64,000 bases of DNA from Candidatus Bathyarchaeota archaeon (GTDB lineage: Archaea; Thermoproteota; Bathyarchaeia; Hecatellales; Hecatellaceae). The notes beneath the pieces were generated by a model that saw only the letters and a program-made list of their open reading frames with translations, searched no databases and was not told the origin of the DNA. Every line of letters starts with the position of its first letter. Position 1 is the first letter of the stretch. Below are positions 56,683-64,000 of this stretch, in pieces. The stretch lies in assembly GCA_052246995.1 (NCBI GenBank), contig JBQPWD010000001.1, forward strand, positions 245,574 through 309,573. Reading direction: 5' to 3'. Position numbers and translations under genes: made by a program.

Positions 56683-58641
56683 ATGAAAGTAAAAAAAGAC
56701 GAATACTACTTAGAGGAAGTTTCTAAAAAACCTTTGCTAAAGGAGGTTATATTAGAAAACTTTATGAGTTATGAGTATGCACGTATCCCCCTTAAGCCAG
56801 GGTTAAACATAATATGCGGTCCCAACGGTTCAGGTAAATCTTCACTTCTCGTAGCCCTATCCGTAGTTCTAGGTCAGACATATACTGAAAGATCCAAGAA
56901 GTTAAGCGACTTAGTACGTTGGGGCGAGAAACAGGCAAGGATAACCCTCGTTTTTGATAATTCTAAGGTTAATGGTAGACGACCAATAAAAGGAAGCAAC
57001 TCGGATTTATTCCTAGTTTCAAAGATTCTTAGAACAGACGGCTTTTACTGGTACGAGGTTGACTATCATGAGGTAAATAAGGCTGAGATTGTAAAAACCT
57101 TCTCAAGTTTAGGAATAAATCCAAGTAACATGCTTATAATTATGCACCAAAATATGATTGAAGAATTTAGCTTTACACCTCCAAATAAAAAGCTTGTAAT
57201 GGTTGAAGAAGCTGTAGGTTTTCAAATGTATCGGCAAAGAGTTCTGGAAGCTCATGAAAGACTTAACAAGATTCTTAGTGAAGAATCTGAGGTTTTAAGG
57301 CTTTTATCAAACGCTGAGCAAACCCTAAAATATTGGAAAGAACAATATAGTCTTCTTATCAAGAAGAGAGAGCTTCTCGAAAGAAAAAACTATCTGAATG
57401 CTGAGGTTGTATGGTCTTATGTTTTTAAGGTTCAAAATGAACTTCAAAGATTAAATAATTCTCTTAAAGACAAGAAAGATGAAGTAGAAAAAATTGAAAA
57501 TAGTATTAAGGAAGTTAAAGACAAAATTGAAGAGAAAATTGTCAATATAGCTAAGCTTAAAGATGAAAGAAAAAATCTTTTCTATAAAATCCTTGGGTTA
57601 GAGAAAAAGGAAGGTCGAATAGAAGCTTACTTAAAGTTTAAAGAATTCTTAAACAGGCTTGGAGACGTAAATTCGGGATTTCTTCCAAAATTTCAAAAAT
57701 TTCTTTTAGAATTTGAAGATGAATACAAAAGAATCACTGGTGAATTTGATGATGTTAAAAAAATTAAGGATAACCTGCTTCAGAAGATTAGTAAATTAGA
57801 TGAAGAAATGGATATTCGTCAGAGAGAAATTTTACACAACAAAATTAAGGAAGCCACTTTAGATTTCCAAAAAAATATTTTAGAGAAAGAAATTAAAAAA
57901 TTGAGTTTGGACATTTCTCAGCTTGAAAAAGAGTTTCAGCAATACTTTATTAAAGCTGATAGTTTAGGGTTGAAGGTTGAAACAAAGCGTACTCCGCAGG
58001 AAGTAAGTGAAGATTTAAAAATTGTAAATTTGCAGCTTGAACCTTTAAAGGACATCCCTGATGAAGCTGAATTAATGTTTGAAAAATATTTTAAGGTTTT
58101 TGAAGAACTTAAAGAGAAATCTGTAATTGTTGCTGAAAATAAGCGTAGAATGTTAGCTGAGGTTGAAGTTAGAAAGCAAACATGGAAAACCGTTATAATT
58201 CGATTTCTTGAAGATTTAAATAAAAGCTTTAACGTAACTCTTCAAAGTATAGGTGCTACTGGCAGTATAAAGCTTGTGGAGGATGAAGATATAGAGTCCG
58301 CAGGGCTAGAGATAAGTGTAGGCTTCTCTGGTGCCTCTCCAAAGGTTTTAGATGCGTATACTCAAAGTGGTGGAGAGAGAAGTACTATTGTTATGGCGTT
58401 TCTTCTTTCACTTCAAAAATATGTTAAATCTCCTATTAGGGCGGTTGATGAATTTGAAGTTCACATGGACCCGCGAAATCGTGAAGTAGTTTCCAAGCTT
58501 ATAGCTTCAACAGTAAAATCTCAGAAAAATATGCAGTATATTGTAATAACGCCAGGACTTTTACCGATTTTTGATGAAGATGTAAACATAATTGTTGTTC
58601 AAAATGTTGGTGGAAAATCAAACATTAAACTTCTAGTTTGA
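56683..58641 (+). CDS. Short SMC-family ATPase (Smc5/6- or coalescin-like)
   Basis: LENFMSY, GPNGSGKSS, coiled coils, QSGGERS, PIRAVDEFEVHMDP.N. Confidence 0.88.
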   Translation: MKVKKDEYYLEEVSKKPLLKEVILENFMSYEYARIPLKPGLNIICGPNGSGKSSLLVALSVVLGQTYTERSKKLSDLVRWGEKQARITLVFDNSKVNGRRPIKGSNSDLFLVSKILRTDGFYWYEVDYHEVNKAEIVKTFSSLGINPSNMLIIMHQNMIEEFSFTPPNKKLVMVEEAVGFQMYRQRVLEAHERLNKILSEESEVLRLLSNAEQTLKYWKEQYSLLIKKRELLERKNYLNAEVVWSYVFKVQNELQRLNNSLKDKKDEVEKIENSIKEVKDKIEEKIVNIAKLKDERKNLFYKILGLEKKEGRIEAYLKFKEFLNRLGDVNSGFLPKFQKFLLEFEDEYKRITGEFDDVKKIKDNLLQKISKLDEEMDIRQREILHNKIKEATLDFQKNILEKEIKKLSLDISQLEKEFQQYFIKADSLGLKVETKRTPQEVSEDLKIVNLQLEPLKDIPDEAELMFEKYFKVFEELKEKSVIVAENKRRMLAEVEVRKQTWKTVIIRFLEDLNKSFNVTLQSIGATGSIKLVEDEDIESAGLEISVGFSGASPKVLDAYTQSGGERSTIVMAFLLSLQKYVKSPIRAVDEFEVHMDPRNREVVSKLIASTVKSQKNMQYIVITPGLLPIFDEDVNIIVVQNVGGKSNIKLLV

Positions 58642-58650
58642 GGTTAAAAA

Positions 58651-59442
58651 ATGAGTAAAAAAAGCGAAAACAGTAGAGAACTTCTTTTAAGAGTTATTAA
58701 CTTATGTAAAACAGTTAATGAGAAAACTCTAGATCCATTTGAGGTTGAAGTTTGTGAAATATTGGAAACTCTTAGAAGTTTGCTTGACAAGTACAAATCT
58801 TTTGAAGATTATTGTTTAGATGCTGAAGCAATAAACGACTTATCAAAAGTTGTTAAGCTTCAAGAAGAATGGTTAAAGCATAAATCTAAGCCTCACCTGG
58901 ACATTGAAACCGTTAAATCAAAAATACGTAGTATTGAAACAAAAAGATTAGCCGAAATTTTTCTAGAATCTTGGAATCCTATTGTTACTATTAAAATTCT
59001 TCCCACCAAAAAATTAGAAGAAGCTTTAAAATACTGGAAAAATCTCATACCTCGAAAACTTGAGATGAAAAAGCTTGATCTTCAAACTCCAGCTCAAGTG
59101 GAAGTTATACCGTGGGGTGAAGTTGAAAATCAAAAACTTATACTTAAGAGAGAGTTTGAAAAAATTTTAAATGATTTATGGCAGCTTCTTAAGAGTAAAG
59201 TTAAGAATGGTAAAGTTTCCTACTGGGACTTTGTATATTCAAATACTTATGATGAATTTATCATGAAGGCGTATTTAACAAGCTTTCTCATCAGCTATGG
59301 TTATGCTGACCTTAGTGTAGATCCGCTAAAAAATGAAATTTTTTTGTTTCCAAAAAATGAGCCTAAAAAAAGTGGTAATGTTTACTCGTTTATAATACCT
59401 ATAAGTTACGAAAAATGGATAGCTTTAAAGAAGGTTATTTAA
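58651..59442 (+). CDS. Putative kleisin (ScpA-like) partner of the SMC
   Basis: N-terminal LDPFEVEV..IL resembles the ScpA DPW.I.I motif; C-terminal winged-helix-like segment; directly downstream of the SMC. Confidence 0.55.
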   Translation: MSKKSENSRELLLRVINLCKTVNEKTLDPFEVEVCEILETLRSLLDKYKSFEDYCLDAEAINDLSKVVKLQEEWLKHKSKPHLDIETVKSKIRSIETKRLAEIFLESWNPIVTIKILPTKKLEEALKYWKNLIPRKLEMKKLDLQTPAQVEVIPWGEVENQKLILKREFEKILNDLWQLLKSKVKNGKVSYWDFVYSNTYDEFIMKAYLTSFLISYGYADLSVDPLKNEIFLFPKNEPKKSGNVYSFIIPISYEKWIALKKVI

Positions 59443-59443
59443 A

Positions 59444-59998
59444 TTGGGTAGAAGAATGGTTAAAGATTTTTACAAGTATAGCCTAAAAAAGCTTGTTAGA
59501 ATACTCTTACTTCAGAAGCATAAAATTCCTGGTGTTAAAGGTTCAGAGCTAAAAAGGATCTTTGGAAAAGATTACCCTAAACTTTTAATGGTCTTGGACG
59601 ACGAAGTTAAAAAGCTGGGATTGAAGGTTAAAGTTTTTTCTGGTGATGCTTTTAAAAAAAGTTTAAACGAAATTTCTGATGAGGATTGGGTTCTTCTAAC
59701 ACTAGAAGAAGGCGAATTCGAAGAGTGGCCCAATACATCTGGTTGGAGGGTTGATGATTTGGCAATTCTAGCTGCAACAATAGTTTATCTTAACTCAAAA
59801 GGTGGAGCGGCATCAAGAAGTGAGATTGAAAAATTTTTAGCTGAAAAATTTTCTGTTTGGAGAATAAGATTTAATTTAGAGAAGTTTATAAGGTTAGGTT
59901 ATCTTAGTGAAGATGAAAATAATGTGCTTAGAATTGGTTGGCGGACAAAAGCTGAAGTTGACGAAAAACATTTGATGAAGCTTTTAACCTCAAGTTAA
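59444..59998 (+). CDS. Putative kite (Nse1/ScpB-like tandem winged-helix) protein
   Basis: 184 aa; LEKFIRLGYL.....LRIGWRTKAEVD; third gene of the SMC operon. Confidence 0.5.
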   Translation: MGRRMVKDFYKYSLKKLVRILLLQKHKIPGVKGSELKRIFGKDYPKLLMVLDDEVKKLGLKVKVFSGDAFKKSLNEISDEDWVLLTLEEGEFEEWPNTSGWRVDDLAILAATIVYLNSKGGAASRSEIEKFLAEKFSVWRIRFNLEKFIRLGYLSEDENNVLRIGWRTKAEVDEKHLMKLLTSS

Positions 59999-60264
59999 CT
60001 TTTAGCTTTTCTCCATTCAAAGCAAACCTTAACAACTTGAATAGCCCAAACATCTTTATTCTCTTCTAAATTTAATCTAACTTCTGAAATTTTATCTTCA
60101 CTTTCAGCTTCAATTCTAGCTAGGATATCAAATGCCCCATAAACTTCGTAAACTTCTTTAACGTTTATTTCCTTGTAGCTCTTAAGTTTTCTTATCACCT
60201 CTTGGTCTGTTCCAGCCTTAACTGTTACAATAAAAAAAGCTTCTACCATTTTTACACCATTCAA
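59995..60264 (-). CDS. Stand-alone Lrp/AsnC ligand-binding (RAM) domain protein
   Basis: AFFIV.V..G, VYEVYGAFDILARIE. Confidence 0.85.
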   Translation of the reverse strand: MNGVKMVEAFFIVTVKAGTDQEVIRKLKSYKEINVKEVYEVYGAFDILARIEAESEDKISEVRLNLEENKDVWAIQVVKVCFEWRKAKS

Positions 60265-60506
60265 CTTGTAAGGTATTTCTCGATAACAATCATAGTTATT
60301 GAAGATCTTACATTTTCAAGTTTTCTTATTTTAAAATCTACTGTTTCTTTTATTTCTTCAAGTGAGCCTGTTTCAATTTTAACCATAATGTCATAGATGC
60401 CGTAAAGCCCGTAAACTTCTTTAACCTTATCGAAGGTTTTTAACTTTTCTATAACTTTTTCTTCGCTTCCAGGTTGAACATTTATTAATACAAATGCTAT
60501 GGTCAA
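60261..60506 (-). CDS. Stand-alone Lrp/AsnC ligand-binding (RAM) domain protein
   Basis: AFVLINV.PG.E, VYGLYGIYDIMVKIE, IRKLENVRSSITMIV. Confidence 0.9.
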   Translation of the reverse strand: MTIAFVLINVQPGSEEKVIEKLKTFDKVKEVYGLYGIYDIMVKIETGSLEEIKETVDFKIRKLENVRSSITMIVIEKYLTS

Positions 60507-60626
60507 CTTTTACTTCCTCTAACCAATTTAACTATATAACTTATAATTCGGTTTAGAACTATTTTAAAGTTATAGTTAAGCTTAAGCACTAGAAGTAGCT
60601 TAAAAACAACTTAAAGGGACAAATTT

Positions 60627-62918
60627 ATGTCAAAGAAGAAGGTAAGAGCAAGCGCAGAAATCTTCGATGCTGTTTCAGCACCAACGAGAATTCAAACTTT
60701 AAAGCTTATTGCTGCGAAAGGCCCTTTAACCTATAGCGAAATAATGGAGATGTTAAACTTTGAGCCTACAAGGGATGCTGGGAAATTCGTATATCATCTT
60801 AAAAACCTTATAAAGGCAGGTTTAATCACCTTTGAAAAACCTATTAAAAAGTACAAAATAACCGACCTAGGATTGATGGTTATCAGATTTTCAAAGGATC
60901 TTGAAGAGTATGCTCTTAAAAAGTCTGGTAAAATGCTTGTTAGGACTTCTAGATACACTATAGAGGAATTTGACAGAAATAAGATAGTCTCAGTTCTTGT
61001 TGAAGAAGCTGGTTTATCCCAAGATGTTGCTGAGAAAGTTTCTTTAGAAGTTGAAGAGAGACTTTTTAAATTGCCAGTAAAGTATCTTACAGCTCCATTA
61101 ATTAGGGAATTTGTAAACGCTATTCTCCTGGAAAGCGACCTTGAAGAGTATAGACATAGGTTAACAAGACTTGGTATGCCGCCTTATGATGTGAAAAGAA
61201 CAATTGAAGATACTTCCAAGAAGCTTTTAGGTGCAGATTTTGTGAGATTAAAAGCAGGCGATAGAGTTATAACCGAATACATGCTTCTTAACAGCTTACC
61301 GAGAAACGTGGCCGATGCTCATCTTTCAGGTCAAATTCATATATCAAATTCAAATTCATGGATTTTAACTCCTTTCACCGTTTACCATGATTTAAGGATA
61401 TTTTTGTCGGGAAAGTTTAGAGCCTTAGATTTCTTGAACCCATACAAACAGTTTCTACTTACTCAACCAAAAACACTTACTGAGGCAGTCAGCGTAACAA
61501 CCGAAATGTTAAGATTTTTTGAGTACGAAGTTTCGGGAGAACAAGGAATAGATTATTTTAATGTGTTTCTTTCACCTTATGCTGCCAAAAAATCAGTAGA
61601 GGATATCAAGAAAATTTTAAAAGTTTTACTTTTAGAGTTAAGCAATACTGGATTAAAATCTTTTAGCGGAGTAAGTTTAGGCCTAGAAGTGGCAATTCCA
61701 CGTCATCTTAAAAATTTACCAGCAATTGGTTTTGAAGGTTCTACACAACCTACTTATGGTGATTATGAGGATGAAGCACAAAAAATTTTAGACCTTCTTC
61801 TTGATGTTTTTCTTGAAATATGTGAAAAAAAGCCGCTATTTAATCCCCACCTTATCTTAAAAATTAGACCTAACTGTTTAGGGTCTAAATATGATGATGT
61901 TTTAGAAAAGGCTCATAAAATTGCTGCTAATTATGGCTTACTCCACATAGCTAATCTTGTTAGAGAACAAGACGAATTTTCAAGCTACCTTGCGGATGGT
62001 GAAAAAGTCAATGCAGATTGGAAAACAGATTGGGAAATTGACACTCTAAGAGTTTGCTGCCTTAACAGTATTTCAATAAATCTTCCACGGATAGCCTACG
62101 AGGCAAGAAGAGACGATGACGAGTTTTTCGACGGTATTGAAAAGGTTATTCAGCTTACAGGTGAAGTTTTAAGTGTTAAAATGAGGGAGATTACCAAAAG
62201 GTTTAGGGAGAATGCTCTTCCAAATTTCTCAAGTATGGTAGATGGCGAAACATATGGTAGGTTGGACAACTTCTTCGGCTCAATTAATATCGTAGGCTTA
62301 GCTGAAGCTGTCAAATTTCATCTTGGATACGATATATATGAAGACCTTATGCCCCAAAACTTTGCATTAGAACTAATGGAACATTTAGTTAGCAAAGTTA
62401 ATACAACATCTAAGAAGCTTAACTTAAGAATTTATGTTTCTCAAATCCCAGATGCTGAAGCATCTCAAAAAATGGCTGAACAGGATACCAAGCTTTACGG
62501 TTTCTCTGATGTTAATGTGCAAGGAGATTCTGAGAGTCCATATTATACATTTGATTCTATAATTCCTGACAATGTAAAAATCTCATTAGATGACAGGCTT
62601 AGGTTGGAAGAGAAATTTTATCCAATTTTTAATGGAGGACGCTTCATTAAAATCCCGCTTGTAGGCGAATGTTCAAGCGAAGAACTTCTTAAGAAGACTA
62701 AGGAAGTTTGTGGAGGATATAATATCGGATTTTACGTTTATGATAGTGTTATATCATATTGTGGATATTGTAAAAAAGCGTTTAAGGAGTTTAAACAGAA
62801 ATGTCCAGTTTGCGGCCTAACAGGTATCATCACTTATGCAAGGGAATCCACAGTACATCTTCCACTGGAGTGGTGGTCTCACAAAGGACGTAAAAACGCC
62901 ATAAAGAAGCTTGAATAA
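60627..62918 (+). CDS. ArsR-type HTH / ATP-cone / NrdD-like fusion, apparently catalytically inactive
   Basis: N-terminal HTH (SAPTRIQTL...GKFVYHL); VRTS...FDRNKI ATP cone; DAHLSGQIHI, SINLPRIAYE, CGYC...CPVC; no MGCR or R-x-TGY motif. Confidence 0.85.
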   Translation: MSKKKVRASAEIFDAVSAPTRIQTLKLIAAKGPLTYSEIMEMLNFEPTRDAGKFVYHLKNLIKAGLITFEKPIKKYKITDLGLMVIRFSKDLEEYALKKSGKMLVRTSRYTIEEFDRNKIVSVLVEEAGLSQDVAEKVSLEVEERLFKLPVKYLTAPLIREFVNAILLESDLEEYRHRLTRLGMPPYDVKRTIEDTSKKLLGADFVRLKAGDRVITEYMLLNSLPRNVADAHLSGQIHISNSNSWILTPFTVYHDLRIFLSGKFRALDFLNPYKQFLLTQPKTLTEAVSVTTEMLRFFEYEVSGEQGIDYFNVFLSPYAAKKSVEDIKKILKVLLLELSNTGLKSFSGVSLGLEVAIPRHLKNLPAIGFEGSTQPTYGDYEDEAQKILDLLLDVFLEICEKKPLFNPHLILKIRPNCLGSKYDDVLEKAHKIAANYGLLHIANLVREQDEFSSYLADGEKVNADWKTDWEIDTLRVCCLNSISINLPRIAYEARRDDDEFFDGIEKVIQLTGEVLSVKMREITKRFRENALPNFSSMVDGETYGRLDNFFGSINIVGLAEAVKFHLGYDIYEDLMPQNFALELMEHLVSKVNTTSKKLNLRIYVSQIPDAEASQKMAEQDTKLYGFSDVNVQGDSESPYYTFDSIIPDNVKISLDDRLRLEEKFYPIFNGGRFIKIPLVGECSSEELLKKTKEVCGGYNIGFYVYDSVISYCGYCKKAFKEFKQKCPVCGLTGIITYARESTVHLPLEWWSHKGRKNAIKKLE

Positions 62919-63074
62919 CTCGTTTTTATCTTAAATTTGAGGAGTTAAGAGGTCTTTAACTACATTTTTTTCTACATTTTTGTAGAAAAGATTAAATATT
63001 CCGTAGTAGCCTATTTTCTCACTTGCAAGAAACCACGCCGACAACCCAATCATCTAACTTCTAGGTTGATTAGA

Positions 63075-64000
63075 ATGAAAACTTTTCATCATTTGTTAAC
63101 GGAAAAAGTCAATCTAACTCCTAATGCTTTAAAAGTCTTGGAGAAAAGATATTTAAAAAAAGATGAGAATGGCCGCGTTGTTGAAACCCCTCAACAAATG
63201 TTTTTAAGGGTTGCTTTAACAGTAGCTTCAGCTGACAAATACTATGGAAAAACAAATGATGAAGTTGAGAAGACTATTGAAGATTTTTACAACCTTATGG
63301 TTAACCTTGAGTTTCTGCCTAACTCCCCAACATTGATGAATGCTGGGAGAGAGCTTGGACAACTTTCAGCATGCTTTGTTCTCCCAGTTGAAGACTCAAT
63401 TGAGAGCATTTTTGAAACTATTAAGCATGCGGCTTTGATTCATAAATCTGGTGGTGGTACCGGTTTCTCGTTTTCAAGGCTTAGACCTAAAGGAGATGTT
63501 GTAAAATCAACTAAGGGAGTTTCAAGTGGACCTGTATCTTTTATGATGGTTTATGATGCGGCAACGGAAGCTATTAAGCAGGGTGGAACAAGACGTGGCG
63601 CCAACATGGGTATTTTAAGTGTTTACCATCCAGACATTTTAGAGTTTATAACTTGTAAGCTTGATGGTAAACGGTTAAACAATTTTAACATTTCTGTTGC
63701 TGTTGACGACAAGTTTATGGAGGCTGTTGAGAAGGGTGAAGATTACCCACTAATCAATCCTAGAAACAATGAGCGTGTTGGTACGCTTAACGCAAGAAAA
63801 GTTTTTGACCTTATAGCTGAAACGGCATGGAAAATAGGTGATCCCGGTCTAATCTTTCTCGATAAAATTAACCAAGATAATCCCACACCTCACCTAGGAG
63901 CTATTGAAAGTACTAATCCTTGTGGTGAGCAGCCTTTACTTCCATATGAATCTTGTAACTTGGGTTCAATAAATCTTGCAAAAATGGTTGAAAATGGAGA
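63075..64000 (+). CDS. nrdJ: Class II (adenosylcobalamin-dependent) ribonucleotide reductase, 5' part (truncated by the window edge)
   Basis: Manual translation: [65 protein letters not shown]. Confidence 0.95.
   Translation, partial: MKTFHHLLTEKVNLTPNALKVLEKRYLKKDENGRVVETPQQMFLRVALTVASADKYYGKTNDEVEKTIEDFYNLMVNLEFLPNSPTLMNAGRELGQLSACFVLPVEDSIESIFETIKHAALIHKSGGGTGFSFSRLRPKGDVVKSTKGVSSGPVSFMMVYDAATEAIKQGGTRRGANMGILSVYHPDILEFITCKLDGKRLNNFNISVAVDDKFMEAVEKGEDYPLINPRNNERVGTLNARKVFDLIAETAWKIGDPGLIFLDKINQDNPTPHLGAIESTNPCGEQPLLPYESCNLGSINLAKMVENG

Noticed and set aside
1-64000. CRISPR arrays, transposases, intact integrases, selenocysteine or pyrrolysine read-through
   Set aside because: None seen; the recognised genes are full-length, with no in-frame stop that needs recoding

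Overview
AT-rich archaeal chromosome segment with two distinct halves, separated by an intron-containing tRNA-Val(GAC) at 36071. The left half (1-35.7 kb) is a dense methane-metabolism cluster. It holds mcrB-mcrG-mcrA (mcrA runs off the left edge; no mcrD or mcrC lies inside the operon), a detached mcrD, a complete mtrEDCBA(F)GH-type operon followed by mmp14, and methanogenesis markers 1 (YcaO), 2-like, 3, 5, 6, 7, 15 and 17. It also carries two tandem AtwA/component-A2 ATPases, a stand-alone NifB, HypA, DUF2117, DUF2124, DUF483, hdrCB and a sulfonate-type ABC importer. The right half (36.5-64 kb) is a housekeeping backbone with TACK/Thermoproteota traits: an orphan 5S rRNA, DUF1512, an SmAP3-type Lsm, rpoP, rpl44e-rps27e-eIF2a-nop10, aglB, ileS, topA, an Smc5/6- or coalescin-like SMC-kleisin-kite trio, an OST3/6(DC2)-like membrane protein, a C/D-box sRNA, and an HTH-fused NrdD-like protein lacking its catalytic residues just upstream of nrdJ. 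I infer a non-euryarchaeal (TACK, possibly Bathyarchaeia-like or Nezhaarchaeales-like) archaeon with Mcr plus Mtr. Highlights are divergent, ANME-1-like Mcr motifs, an apparent swap of the MtrA and MtrF membrane anchors, NifB clustered with MCR-activation genes, an uncharacterised Cys-repeat protein linked to HypA, and a likely dead-RNR nucleotide-sensing regulator. All family calls come from recalled motifs, not from database searches.
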